Below are positions 9,330-19,080 of a stretch of 62,193 nt of DNA, in pieces. Within the stretch, counting starts at the first letter, position 1. Each line of letters opens with the position of its first letter. Origin of the DNA: Rhodospirillaceae bacterium (lineage in GTDB: Bacteria; Pseudomonadota; Alphaproteobacteria; Thalassobaculales; Thalassobaculaceae); NCBI GenBank assembly GCA_018699735.1, contig JABIRP010000348.1, forward strand, positions 1 through 62,193, in the 5' to 3' direction. The notes under the pieces are model-generated. The model was not told the origin of the DNA. It worked only from the letters and a program-made list of their open reading frames with translations, and searched no databases. The position numbers and the translations under genes were made by a program.

Positions 9330-10346
9330 ATGGCAGACAAGACCCCGTACCAATCAGCGGACAAATCGATTGATGTAACCGCTTTGGGCAATGCGATCGT
9401 CGACGTGATTGCCCGCTCCGACGACGGCTTTCTAGGTGAGCACGGGATCGAGAAGGGGGCGATGAACCTGATCGATGCCGAGCGGGCCGAATTCCTGTAC
9501 GACCATATGGGGCCAGGCCTCGAAATGTCCGGCGGCTCGGCCGGCAACACCATCACCGGCGTCGCTCAGCTGGGCAGCTCAGGCGCTTACATTGGCAAGG
9601 TCCACGACGATACGCTGGGCAAAGTGTTTCGCCATGATATTCAAGCTTCGGGCGTGCGTTTTGATACGGTGGCCGCAAGCGATGGGCCGCCGACCGCGCG
9701 GTGTTTGATCATGGTGACACCGGATGCGCAGCGATCGATGAATACCTATCTCGGTGCTTGTGTCGATCTCGGGCCAGAGGACGTGGACGGCGACGTGATC
9801 GCGGCGAGCAAAGTGGTGTATCTTGAGGGCTACCTCTGGGATCCACCGCGCGCCAAAGAAGCGTTCACCAAAGCCGCCAGCATAGCGCATGCGACTGGTG
9901 GAAAGGTTTCACTGACCTTGTCGGACTCCTTCTGTGTCGATCGGCACCGGGTCGAATTTCGCGAGTTGGTCAAGCACCACGTCGATATCCTATTTGCCAA
10001 TGAAGACGAGCTGAAATCGCTGTTTGAGGTGTCTTCCTTCGATGAGGCAATGCAGCAATTGCGCTGGGAGTGCGATGTTGCGGCTGTGACCCGAGGCGAT
10101 CGTGGCTCGGTCGTTATGGTCAAGGACGAGGTCCACTTCCATGACGCGGAGGCGGCGGAAAAAGTGATCGACACCACAGGCGCTGGTGATCTCTATGCCG
10201 CCGGGTTCCTGCATGCCTATTGCCAGGATCTGGACCCCGCCCTCTGGGGCCGTTATGGCGGTATTGCTGCGGCCGAGGTGATCTCGCACTACGGCGCCCG
10301 GCCCGAGACGGACCTGAAGACGCTTGTGGCTGAAAAGCTGGGGTGA
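9330..10346 (+). CDS. Adenosine kinase / PfkB-family carbohydrate kinase
   Basis: LGNAIVDV N-terminal motif and PfkB signature DTTGAGDLYAAGFL. ATG 9330 (MADKTPY) or TTG 9321; aggaga at 9313-9318. Confidence 0.8.
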   Translation: MADKTPYQSADKSIDVTALGNAIVDVIARSDDGFLGEHGIEKGAMNLIDAERAEFLYDHMGPGLEMSGGSAGNTITGVAQLGSSGAYIGKVHDDTLGKVFRHDIQASGVRFDTVAASDGPPTARCLIMVTPDAQRSMNTYLGACVDLGPEDVDGDVIAASKVVYLEGYLWDPPRAKEAFTKAASIAHATGGKVSLTLSDSFCVDRHRVEFRELVKHHVDILFANEDELKSLFEVSSFDEAMQQLRWECDVAAVTRGDRGSVVMVKDEVHFHDAEAAEKVIDTTGAGDLYAAGFLHAYCQDLDPALWGRYGGIAAAEVISHYGARPETDLKTLVAEKLG

Positions 10347-10442
10347 GATTGGGTCGCTTTCACTCCTCATTCCGCGTCCCGGTTTGGCGTAACCAAGACC
10401 GGGATCCAGGGCGGTTAGCGCGGCGCGATCGGCCCTGGGCCC

Positions 10443-10516
10443 GGACAGCCGCTCCGCGTCTTCCGGGGAGCGGCGAACAAGATGGGGACAGCCGCTCCGC
10501 GTCTTCCGGGGAGCGG
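10443..10516. repeat. Two copies of a 31-bp hairpin-containing element, 43-bp period
   Basis: ggacagccgctccgcgtcttccggggagcgg occurs at 10443-10473 and identically at 10486-10516. Each contains ccgctcc...ggagcgg (7-bp stem). Intergenic between the adenosine kinase gene and ampG. Confidence 0.9.
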
Positions 10517-10550
10517 TGAGTAAGGTGACGGTGGAAGGACGCAGCGTCCA

Positions 10551-11855
10551 ATGAACGCATTGCTCCAATCGCTGGCGGTCTATGTTCGGCGCCCAATCCT
10601 GGTTGTCCTGATCCTGGGGTTTTCCAGCGGCCTGCCACTCGCGTTGTCATTTTCAACCCTGAGCGTCTGGATGCGCGAGGCGGGGGTTGATCTGGCCTCG
10701 ATCGGCGTGTTCAGCCTTGTGGGCACACCCTACGTTCTGAAGTTTCTCTGGGCGCCATTGATGGATCGGGCACCCTTGCCGCCGCTGACCAATTGGCTCG
10801 GGCGTCGCCGTGGATGGATGATCGCAACCCAGCTCGCCTTGATGGCGGCTTTGGCCGCGCTGGGTGCTAGCGATCCGATCATGGCTCCTTGGACGACGGC
10901 AACATTGGCGGTGCTGGTCTCGTTCTGCTCAGCCAGCCAGGACATTGTGGTTGACGCCTATCGAATTGAGAGCTTGGGCGAAGACGAGCAAGGTGCTGGT
11001 GCCGCGACGCTGGTGCTGGGATACCGCGTCGGCATGCTCGCATCCGGTGCCGGGGCTCTCCTGCTCGCTGACATGTTGGGATGGTTCGAGGTCTATCTAA
11101 TCATGGCTGGCTTGGTTGTTATCGGAATTGCAGCTGTTTTGGCGAGCCCGGAGCCGGATGCGGGTGAAGTGATCGCATTGCCATCGGATGCCCCCATTCG
11201 CCAACGCTTAACGGCTTGGGGCGAAAGCGCTGTGGTCGCGCCGTTTTCCGAATTCATGAGCCGGGACGGTTGGCTCGCGGTGCTGCTTTTTATCCTGCTG
11301 TACAAATTCGGCGATGCCTTTGCCGGCACCATGGCCAATCCGTTCTATATTGACACCGGGTTTTCCAAGACCGAGATCGCTCAGGTGACCAAGGTCTTCG
11401 GCTTGGCCTCCTTGCTGATCGGCCTGTTCATCGGCGGGGTCTTGGTCAAACGCATGGGGTTATTGGGCGCGCTCTTGGTTTGCGGTGTTCTCCAAGCGGT
11501 GTCCAACCTGATGTTCGCCGTCCAGGCGGAGGTTGGATACGACATCAACGTTCTGACCGCGACCATCGCCATCGAAAATGTCACCGGCGGCATGGGAACC
11601 GCAGCGTTTGTCGCCTACCTCTCGAGTTTGACCAATGTCGCCTTCACAGCCACGCAATATGCGCTGCTATCCTCGTTCATGGGCTTTGGAAGAACAGTAC
11701 TGTCCGCTTCCAGTGGGTGGTTCGCGGAGAACCTTGGCTGGGTCGAATTCTTTATCGCGTCGACATTTGTCGCACTGCCGGGTTTGATTTTGCTCATATG
11801 GCTGAAACGTCTCTATCCCGATCACGCACACAGACGCGGTGGAGCGGATCCATGA
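10551..11855 (+). CDS. ampG: AmpG-family muropeptide MFS permease
   Basis: 434 aa. [51 protein letters not shown] is the typical AmpG N-terminus, with multiple TM segments throughout. Confidence 0.88.
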   Translation: MNALLQSLAVYVRRPILVVLILGFSSGLPLALSFSTLSVWMREAGVDLASIGVFSLVGTPYVLKFLWAPLMDRAPLPPLTNWLGRRRGWMIATQLALMAALAALGASDPIMAPWTTATLAVLVSFCSASQDIVVDAYRIESLGEDEQGAGAATLVLGYRVGMLASGAGALLLADMLGWFEVYLIMAGLVVIGIAAVLASPEPDAGEVIALPSDAPIRQRLTAWGESAVVAPFSEFMSRDGWLAVLLFILLYKFGDAFAGTMANPFYIDTGFSKTEIAQVTKVFGLASLLIGLFIGGVLVKRMGLLGALLVCGVLQAVSNLMFAVQAEVGYDINVLTATIAIENVTGGMGTAAFVAYLSSLTNVAFTATQYALLSSFMGFGRTVLSASSGWFAENLGWVEFFIASTFVALPGLILLIWLKRLYPDHAHRRGGADP

Positions 11856-12346
11856 TCGAGGTGCTGGAGGCTGATATCACCCGGCTCGCGGTTGACGCCA
11901 TCGTCAATGCGGCGAACGAAGCGCTTTTGGCCGGCGGTGGCGTTTGCGGCGCCATTCACCGTGCGGCGGGCCCAGAGCTGGAAGCGGAATGCCGCAGCCT
12001 CGGCGGTTGTCCGACCGGCGAGGCGCGAATTACCGCCGGGTACCGGCTGCCGGCACGCTTCGTCATACATACCGTCGGCCCGGTCTGGCATGGCGGAGGT
12101 CAAGGCGAGCCGGAATTGCTGGCGGCCTGTTATCGCAATTCGCTAGATCTTGCGGTTGAGAACGGCGTGAGGAGCATAGCCTTTCCGGCGATCAGCACCG
12201 GCATATTCGGATATCCTCTAGAAGAGGCGACGCGGATCGCAGTTGAGACTGCACAAGACCATTCCGGGGTTCAGCGCCTAATTTTCTGCACCTTCGGGCG
12301 AGAAGCGACTGAGACCTATCAGAGGCTGGTCGCTTCCATAGAATAG
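11852..12346 (+). CDS. Macro-domain protein (O-acetyl-ADP-ribose deacetylase-like)
   Basis: ATG 11852 overlaps the ampG stop (ATGA). [40 protein letters not shown] is the canonical macro-domain N-terminus. The track ORF from 11480 is over-extended. Confidence 0.85.
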   Translation: MIEVLEADITRLAVDAIVNAANEALLAGGGVCGAIHRAAGPELEAECRSLGGCPTGEARITAGYRLPARFVIHTVGPVWHGGGQGEPELLAACYRNSLDLAVENGVRSIAFPAISTGIFGYPLEEATRIAVETAQDHSGVQRLIFCTFGREATETYQRLVASIE

Positions 12347-13011
12347 CCAGCCGAGCGCACGGTGCGAATTAGATCTGGGGCACCGCCGGCGTTTATCGCC
12401 TTGCGTAGCCGTCGAATATGGACGTCCACGGTGCGCGGCTCAATCGGTGCGTCGTGCCCCCAAACCCGGTTCAAGAGTTGTTCGCGCGAAAACACGCGTC
12501 CCGGGTTTGTCATGAAATGGCGTAACAAACGAAATTCTGTCGGGCCGAGATGGGTTTCCGTGCCCGCGCGCCGCACGCGCAGGCTGGCCAAGTCCATCTC
12601 GATGTCGCCCACGACCAATACGCCCTCGTCGGCGACACTGCCGCCCCGGCGCAGAGCGGCCCGTACCCGCGCCATCAACTCGGCGACAGCGAAGGGTTTT
12701 GTGACGTAATCGTCGGCCCCGGCATCGAGGCCGCGAACCCGGTCATCTTCCTCGCCGCGCGCCGTCAGCATGATAATCGGCAGCGCGCGTGTTTCCGGCG
12801 CCCGGCGCAACCGGCGACAGACCTCGACGCCGGAAACCAGCGGTACCATCCAGTCGAGCAGGACCAGATCAGGTGGCGCCTCGCGGCACATCATCAACGC
12901 ATCCTCGCCGTTCGCCGCTTCCGCGACGGTATAGCCCTCGCGCTCCAGGTTGTAGCGCAGCAGCGTGACCAGGGCGGCTTCGTCCTCGACGATGAGTATG
13001 CGCGGGTTCAT
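12319..13011 (-). CDS. phoB: Phosphate regulon response regulator PhoB
   Basis: ATG 13011 gives [14 protein letters not shown]. Receiver domain (LVLLDWMVP) plus an OmpR-type winged-helix C-terminus ([12 protein letters not shown]). Sits next to pstB. Confidence 0.92.
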   Translation of the reverse strand: MNPRILIVEDEAALVTLLRYNLEREGYTVAEAANGEDALMMCREAPPDLVLLDWMVPLVSGVEVCRRLRRAPETRALPIIMLTARGEEDDRVRGLDAGADDYVTKPFAVAELMARVRAALRRGGSVADEGVLVVGDIEMDLASLRVRRAGTETHLGPTEFRLLRHFMTNPGRVFSREQLLNRVWGHDAPIEPRTVDVHIRRLRKAINAGGAPDLIRTVRSAGYSMEATSL

Positions 13012-13115
13012 GTTGGACCTGCTCTTACTGGTACTGCCACAAAGCACCGCCTCTCGGCTCTCGCGATGCTCGGCCGGGAAGCGGAAGTGGGAAGGATTAG
13101 GACCAACCCCACCCC

Positions 13116-13916
13116 TCACCCAAACCGGCCGGTGATGTAGCCTTGCGTACGCTCTTCGCGGGGCGTGGTAAAGATCTGTTCGGTGTCGCCGACCTCGACC
13201 AATTCACCCAGATGAAAGAACGCTGTGCGTTGGGAGACCCGGGCCGCCTGCTGCATTGAGTGGGTGACGATGACGATGGTGTAGTTCTCGCGCAGCTCAT
13301 CGATCAGTTCTTCTATGCGCGCCGTGGCGATCGGGTCCAGGGCCGAACATGGCTCGTCCATCAGGATGACCTCGGGATCGACGGCGATGGCGCGCGCAAT
13401 GCAGAGCCGCTGTTGCTGACCGCCGGATAGACCGGTTCCGGGCTCACTCAAGCGGTCCTTAACCTCACCCCAAAGCCCGGCCTTCTCCAGACTGGTCTCG
13501 ACGATTTGGTCGAACTCGGCGCGGGTGTTTGCCAGACCGTGAATACGGGGGCCGTACGCAACATTGTCATAGATCGATTTCGGGAAGGGGTTGGGCTTCT
13601 GGAACACCATGCCGACACGCGCGCGCAGCAAAACAGGGTCAAGCTCGGGTGCATAAATATCCTCGTCATCGAGGCGGATGTCACCGACGACCCGGCAGAT
13701 TTCGATGCTGTCGTTCATCCGGTTGAGACAGCGCAGAAACGTCGACTTGCCACAACCCGAAGGGCCGATAAGTGCCGTTACTTCACGATCAAGGATTTCC
13801 AGGTCGACGTCGATCAAGGCCTGTTTGTCACCGTAGAAGACATTGACGCCTCTTCCGGTCATCTTGCCGGTCATCGTGCTGGTGATCTTTGAGGCGCTGG
13901 ATGCGGTTTCGGTCAT
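13116..13916 (-). CDS. pstB: Phosphate ABC transporter ATP-binding protein PstB
   Basis: Walker [10 protein letters not shown], signature LSGGQQQRL, Walker B ILMDEP. ATG 13916 is preceded by aggagatttc. Confidence 0.95.
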   Translation of the reverse strand: MTETASSASKITSTMTGKMTGRGVNVFYGDKQALIDVDLEILDREVTALIGPSGCGKSTFLRCLNRMNDSIEICRVVGDIRLDDEDIYAPELDPVLLRARVGMVFQKPNPFPKSIYDNVAYGPRIHGLANTRAEFDQIVETSLEKAGLWGEVKDRLSEPGTGLSGGQQQRLCIARAIAVDPEVILMDEPCSALDPIATARIEELIDELRENYTIVIVTHSMQQAARVSQRTAFFHLGELVEVGDTEQIFTTPREERTQGYITGRFG

Positions 13917-13927
13917 CGAGAAATCTC

Positions 13928-15238
13928 CTACCAGCGCCGCTCGAACTTGCGGCGGAGGACGACGGCCGACAAATTCATGGCCACCAAAAATGCGATTAGA
14001 ACCAAGATCCCGGCGGCAGTGCGGGCGGCGAACCCGCGCTCCGGACTGTCGGCCCATATAAAAATTTGCGTCGGCAAGGCGGTTGCCGGCTCCAGGATAC
14101 CGCCGGAGGTCGAGATGATGAAGGCGTTCATGCCGATCAGCAGCAACGGCGCCGTCTCGCCGAGGGCTCTCGCCATGCCAATGATCGTGCCGGTCATGAT
14201 CCCGGGCATCGCCAACGGCAACACATGGTGCAGCACCACCTGATGGCCGGATGCGCCGAGGCCTAACGCTGCTTCGCGAATGGACGGCGGCACCGCAGCG
14301 AGCGCCAGTCGGGTCGCGATGATAATGGTTGGCAGGGTCATCAGCGCCAGCGTCATTCCACCGACCAAGGGTGTTGAGCGGGGGATCCCAAAAAACTGGA
14401 TGAACACCGCCAAACCAAGTAATCCGAAAACCACCGAAGGTACGGCGGCGAGATTGTTGATGTTGACCTCGATGAGGCTGGTCCAGCGATTGCGCGGAGC
14501 GAACTCTTCCAGATAGACCGCTGATGCGATGCCGATAGGGAAACTCAACGCGAAACAGACCAGAAGCGCGTAGAACGAGCCGGAGATCGCGCCGGCGAGG
14601 CCCGCCAACTCGGGAAAACGGCTGTCGGAATTGAACAACAAGCCCCAGTTTAATCGGCTTTCGATCTGGCCTTGGACGACCAGGTCGTCGAACCAGGCGA
14701 TCTGTTTGTCCTTCAGGCGCCGTTCTTCCTCCGGTCCAGTGCGCGGGATGACGCCCTTATGGAGTTGGTCGTAGGGGTCGGAAACAGGAACCGCGATCTT
14801 GATCGTTTGTCCGATAAGGGAAGGATCGGCGACCACCCGGTCCCGTAGGATGTAGGGGGCTCCCTGGCTGGCCAATTTCGCCAGATCGTTCCTATCCGCG
14901 GAATTTCTTACTTTCGGCAATAGCGACCAGAGCGCGCCCCGGATAAGTGCGCGATAGTTTCCGGTGTCGGGTTCATCGGCTCTGACCTTGGCCGGATCGA
15001 TGGTCACATCGAGCACCAGGTGGGTCTGGGTAAAGGCGGTGTGGCCGGAATAGCCGAGCGAGCCGATCAGGATCAGGATCAGTGCTAGCGAAAGTGCAAC
15101 CGCACCGAGACCGAATAGACGCAGGCGCTGGTCGGCGCGCCGCCGGGCACGGAAGCGCCTCGCTTGTTCCGGCGAGCCCCAAACCGTGGTGCGACCTCGG
15201 TCTTTGCCAGCGAGGTCTGTCGTTGCCGGGTCAGTCAT
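13928..15238 (-). CDS. pstA: Phosphate ABC transporter permease PstA (long form)
   Basis: 436 aa. Permease loop [13 protein letters not shown], an N-terminal TM followed by a large periplasmic loop, and position within the operon. Confidence 0.9.
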   Translation of the reverse strand: MTDPATTDLAGKDRGRTTVWGSPEQARRFRARRRADQRLRLFGLGAVALSLALILILIGSLGYSGHTAFTQTHLVLDVTIDPAKVRADEPDTGNYRALIRGALWSLLPKVRNSADRNDLAKLASQGAPYILRDRVVADPSLIGQTIKIAVPVSDPYDQLHKGVIPRTGPEEERRLKDKQIAWFDDLVVQGQIESRLNWGLLFNSDSRFPELAGLAGAISGSFYALLVCFALSFPIGIASAVYLEEFAPRNRWTSLIEVNINNLAAVPSVVFGLLGLAVFIQFFGIPRSTPLVGGMTLALMTLPTIIIATRLALAAVPPSIREAALGLGASGHQVVLHHVLPLAMPGIMTGTIIGMARALGETAPLLLIGMNAFIISTSGGILEPATALPTQIFIWADSPERGFAARTAAGILVLIAFLVAMNLSAVVLRRKFERRW

Positions 15239-17696
15239 ACTGTTCTCGATATCTGCGCACGATGTGCAGGGCCACGATATTGAGCGCCAGCGTTGCCAGG
15301 AACAGCACCAGCCCGAGCGCGAACGCTGCCAATGTCTTTGGGCTGTCGAACTCGGTATCTCCAGTCAAAAGGCTGACAATTTGCACCGTGACGGTGGTCA
15401 CGGAGTCCAGTGGATTGGCCGTCATGCGCGCGATCATACCGGCGGCCATGACCACGATCATGGTCTCGCCGATAGCTCGGCTTACTGCGAGCAACAATCC
15501 GCCCGCGATCCCGGGCAGAGCCGCGGGCAACAGCACTTTGGTGATGGTCTCGCTTTTGGTCGCCCCGAGAGCGAGCGAGCCCTCCTTGAGCGCGCCCGGG
15601 ACGGCGGTAATCGCATCATCGGCAAGCGAGGAGATGAACGGGATGATCATAATCCCCATGACGGCGCCGGCGGCGAGAGCGCTATTGGCTTCGACGTCGA
15701 GCCCGATTTTCAGGCCGAATTCGCGCAGCGCCGGGGCAACCACGAGCACGGCGAAGAAGCCGTAGACCACGGTCGGAATGCCGGCCAGGATCTCGATCGC
15801 CGGCTTGGCGAAGGCCCGCATCCGTCGCGAGGCGAATTCCGCGAAATAGATTGCCGACAGGAGCCCGATTGGGGTTGCCACGATCATCGCGATGCCGGCA
15901 ATCAAAAGTGTGCCGAGAAACACTGGAACGGCGCCGAATGCACCATGTCCCGCGACCTGATCGGCGCGCATGGCGATTTGTGGCTCCCATTTGAGCCCGA
16001 AAAGGAAGTCGGCAATCGATACATGCTCGAAGAATCGCGCGCTCTCGAAGACCAGCGACAGTACGATGCCGAGCGTGGAGAAAACTGCGACCACGGCACA
16101 GAGCAACATCAACGCGTCCAACATACGCTCGATCCCGTATCGGGCCCGGAAGTCGGGCGCGACCCGAGCCCGGGCCAGCAGCAGCCCGATTAGCGAAACG
16201 ATGGCTATTGCTGCGACCAGCCCCTTGTCGGCAATCGCCCGCCACTCGATCAGGCGGTCGGCGGCCGCCCGGATCTCGGCTGTGGGTTCCGTGAAGAACC
16301 GGCCGGCGGCGACGCTTTCGATCTGGGCCACGATCAGGCTCGGCGCGGTTTCCGTCTTGCCGGCCAGGAACGCGTCCGACAGGGACGCCAGGATCATGGC
16401 ATCAAGCGCCGGGGTCTGCAGTGCCAACCAGAACAGCAAAACCGCGAGCGTCGGCACGCTGGTCCAAAGTGCCACATAGGCGCCGTGATGGATCGCAAGG
16501 GAATGCATGTTGTCTGAAATCGCAGCCGCGCGCGATCGACCGCCAAGGAACCCGGCAACCGGCAAGGTGATCAAAAGCGCCAGCACGATCCAGCCTAGCC
16601 AGGCTATTGAAGTGGGGAGGAGGTCACCGGTTACTTTCACAGGATTGGCGCCGACAACGGCATCTCGGATCTGGAGCCGCTTATCGGTCGCCAGTGGCAC
16701 CAAACCTCGCTCCAGCAAGTACCCGCCTTTGCCCATGGCGGCGTCGGACAGATATTCCTCAAGGAACGTCTGCATGCCGGCGATGACGCCGCGATGGGCG
16801 TTCTTGGCATAGAAATACAGCGGTCGCGAAATTCCGTAACTGCCATCAGCGATGGAGGCCATCGACGGCACCACGCCTTTCACCTTGATCGCCCGCAAGG
16901 TGTCGCGGTTCTCAAAAAGGAACGAGTAGCCAAAGATCCCGTAGGCCGTGGTGTCGGCATTCAGGCGTTGGACGATGAGATTGTCGTTCTCGCCCGCCTC
17001 GATGAATGGCCCGTCCTGGCGCATCCGGGAGCATTGGTGGTGTACCTCGGTCTTTGGCAGTTTGCCGTAAAGCTGCTTGCAGCCCTTGTGCATTGCCAAT
17101 TCGACAAAGGCATCGCGAGTGCCCGAGGTGGGCGGCGGGCCAAACACCTGAATCTTCAGGTTCGGCAGCGTCGCGTCGACATCGCGCCAGGTTCGATTAG
17201 GATTGGTAATCCACTTGCCGGATGGATCTCTCAACTCGGCGGCAAGCGCCAGGAACAGCTGCGCCTTGGTTAGATCCAGAACCGTGCCCTGGCGCGAAAC
17301 CGCGACTGATAAACCGTCGTAACCGATCAGCGCCTCGGATATGTCGGTCACGCCGTTCTTGGCGCAAAGCGCACGCTCAGAGGGTTTCATCGCTCGGGAT
17401 GCGCCGGTGATGTCCGGATACTCGATGCCGAGACCTTGGCAAAAGATCTTCATGCCGCCACCGGTCCCCGTGGCCTCGACGACAGGTGCTGCATTGCCGG
17501 TTCGGTTGGAGAATTCTTCGGCTGCGGCCTGGGTATAGGGAAAGACGGTCGAAGATCCAACAATTCGGATCTGGTCACGCGCAACGGCGCTGGCCGGGAT
17601 AAGCATGGTTGACCCGAATAGGATCAAGGCGAGCGCGATCACAAGTGGCGCCGCGAGGCTGATACGGGTCTTTAACAAGGGTCCTGCGCGCTCCAC
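15231..17696 (-). CDS. pstC: Single ORF encoding a PstS-like periplasmic phosphate-binding domain fused in frame to the PstC permease
   Basis: N-terminal half: signal-like LKTRISLAAPLVIALALILFGSTMLIPASAVA, then IRIVGSSTVFPYTQAAAEEF...ATGTGGGMK...GPPPTSGTRDAFVEL...ISRPLYFYAK (PstS/PBP-like). C-terminal half: multi-TM PstC with SRAIGETMIV. There is no stop codon between the halves. Start uncertain: GTG 17696 or TTG 17678; the track start at 17804 overlaps phoR. Confidence 0.8.
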   Translation of the reverse strand: MERAGPLLKTRISLAAPLVIALALILFGSTMLIPASAVARDQIRIVGSSTVFPYTQAAAEEFSNRTGNAAPVVEATGTGGGMKIFCQGLGIEYPDITGASRAMKPSERALCAKNGVTDISEALIGYDGLSVAVSRQGTVLDLTKAQLFLALAAELRDPSGKWITNPNRTWRDVDATLPNLKIQVFGPPPTSGTRDAFVELAMHKGCKQLYGKLPKTEVHHQCSRMRQDGPFIEAGENDNLIVQRLNADTTAYGIFGYSFLFENRDTLRAIKVKGVVPSMASIADGSYGISRPLYFYAKNAHRGVIAGMQTFLEEYLSDAAMGKGGYLLERGLVPLATDKRLQIRDAVVGANPVKVTGDLLPTSIAWLGWIVLALLITLPVAGFLGGRSRAAAISDNMHSLAIHHGAYVALWTSVPTLAVLLFWLALQTPALDAMILASLSDAFLAGKTETAPSLIVAQIESVAAGRFFTEPTAEIRAAADRLIEWRAIADKGLVAAIAIVSLIGLLLARARVAPDFRARYGIERMLDALMLLCAVVAVFSTLGIVLSLVFESARFFEHVSIADFLFGLKWEPQIAMRADQVAGHGAFGAVPVFLGTLLIAGIAMIVATPIGLLSAIYFAEFASRRMRAFAKPAIEILAGIPTVVYGFFAVLVVAPALREFGLKIGLDVEANSALAAGAVMGIMIIPFISSLADDAITAVPGALKEGSLALGATKSETITKVLLPAALPGIAGGLLLAVSRAIGETMIVVMAAGMIARMTANPLDSVTTVTVQIVSLLTGDTEFDSPKTLAAFALGLVLFLATLALNIVALHIVRRYREQYD

Positions 17697-17769
17697 GAGT
17701 TCGGATCGAGTAGTGAGGCAGGGACTGTTGTACGGGGTTTGTGTTACGAAACGATGACACCTGCGCGCA

Positions 17770-19038
17770 CTACTTCGCCAGCGGCAAATACACCGTGAAT
17801 TCACTACCCTCTCCGGGGCGACTCTCGATGCCCAGGGCGCCCCGGTGACGGGTAACGATGTGCTTCACGATAGCAAGACCGAGCCCGGTGCCGCCCAGAT
17901 TGCGCGACCGGGCCGTGTCGACCCGGTAGAACCGCTCGGTCAATCGCGGTAAATGCTCGCGCGCAATTCCGTCTCCTTGATCTTGCACCGAAATTGCCAG
18001 TGCCGAAACGCCTGGTGTTGGAAAGTGGGGCGGCGGGGATGGTTCCAGCCATGCTTTGACCGTGATTTCGGTGCCATCTCGGCCATATTTTATGGCGTTC
18101 TCGATCAGGTTCTGGGCGACCTGGGCAAGCTCGTCGGCATCACCCGGAACCTTCGGTAGATCGGATGTGATGTTGAGTTGGATGGTCATGGATTTGCGGG
18201 CCACCTCGGGTTCGAGCGTTGATGAAATCTGTTCCAAGACCGGGCCGATTTGAAGCAGATCAGGCGGTGCTTGATGCACATTCGCTTCGATCTGCGAGAG
18301 CGATAGCAGGTCACCGACCAGGCGGGTCATCCGTGCCGCCTCGGTTTCCATGATATCGAGGAACCGGGCTCGGGCCTCGGCGTCATCGCGCGCGGGGCCG
18401 CGCAGGGTCTCGATAAATCCAGCCAAGGTGGTCAAGGGGGTCCGCAACTCGTGACTGACATTGGCGACAAAATCCGCTCGCATGCGCTCAACCCGGCGGA
18501 TCTCGGTTATATCGGTGAAAAGCAAAAGCGCGGTCTGTTCCAATGGCTCAGCTCGGACCCGGTGGATCGGGCCATTTGCGCCGCCCAATTCGATCTCTAT
18601 CTCACTTCCTGTTGTTGTATTGATCGCGTCGCGGGCCGCCTCGATGACCACCGGGTGACGGATAGCGACGGACAGATCCCGGCCTGAAAGATCGTGGCCA
18701 GGGAGGTTGTTGCCAAATCGGTCTCTTGCAGCGCGATTGGCCGAGATGATCTTGGCCTGCTCATCGACGAGCAGAACCGGGTCCGGCAACCCGTCGAGCA
18801 TCGCAGAGAGCTCATTTTCCCGGGCACCCGAAACTTGTGGCGTCTCGGTCTGATCTGTCGGCTCGGCCGTGCTTTCTTGCTTATCCCCGGGCCGGAGTAA
18901 AAGGACTATGACCGCCAACGCTGCCACCCATGAGAGGGCAGCGCCGAGCGGCGTGACCAGACCTGTTAACATCAGCGCCACCATTGCCGCAGCGAGGATC
19001 GCCGCTGAGGCCGAGAGGCGGCGGATCGACTCCCTCAC
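17770..19038 (-). CDS. phoR: Phosphate regulon sensor histidine kinase PhoR
   Basis: Two N-terminal TM segments, a PAS-like region, H-box FVANVSHELRTPLT, and HATPase motifs (NLIENAIKY, GGTGLGLAIV). GTG 19038 with ggagac upstream. Confidence 0.88.
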   Translation of the reverse strand: MRESIRRLSASAAILAAAMVALMLTGLVTPLGAALSWVAALAVIVLLLRPGDKQESTAEPTDQTETPQVSGARENELSAMLDGLPDPVLLVDEQAKIISANRAARDRFGNNLPGHDLSGRDLSVAIRHPVVIEAARDAINTTTGSEIEIELGGANGPIHRVRAEPLEQTALLLFTDITEIRRVERMRADFVANVSHELRTPLTTLAGFIETLRGPARDDAEARARFLDIMETEAARMTRLVGDLLSLSQIEANVHQAPPDLLQIGPVLEQISSTLEPEVARKSMTIQLNITSDLPKVPGDADELAQVAQNLIENAIKYGRDGTEITVKAWLEPSPPPHFPTPGVSALAISVQDQGDGIAREHLPRLTERFYRVDTARSRNLGGTGLGLAIVKHIVTRHRGALGIESRPGEGSEFTVYLPLAK

Positions 19039-19080
19039 GGTTGTCTCCGATCACCGACTTGCGTCTCGTCCGGCCCGAAC

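Noticed and set aside
11480-12346. 288-aa ORF suggesting a much longer macro-domain protein
   Set aside because: The first roughly 124 codons lie inside ampG in another frame. The canonical macro N-terminus begins at ATG 11852, which overlaps the ampG stop.
12319-12346. Overlapping or abutting 3' ends of convergent genes: macro/phoB 28 nt, GT4/cyclase 24 nt at 33473-33496, nth/lipoprotein abutting at 7363/7364
   Set aside because: This is common in compact high-GC genomes. There is no evidence of antisense regulation beyond the overlap itself.
15186-16193. 335-aa plus-strand ORF opposite pstA/pstC. Similar antisense ORFs occur at 20614-21429, 57912-58808, 2928-3902 and 49168-49905.
   Set aside because: All lie antisense to well-supported genes and have low-complexity Arg/His/Gly-rich translations. 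I treat them as high-GC artefacts.
17754-17760. Pho-box-like half site (minus strand GTGTCAT) between phoR and the pstS::pstC start
   Set aside because: Only one good half site is present. The expected second direct repeat one helical turn away matches poorly (TCGTAAC), so I cannot call a Pho box from sequence alone.
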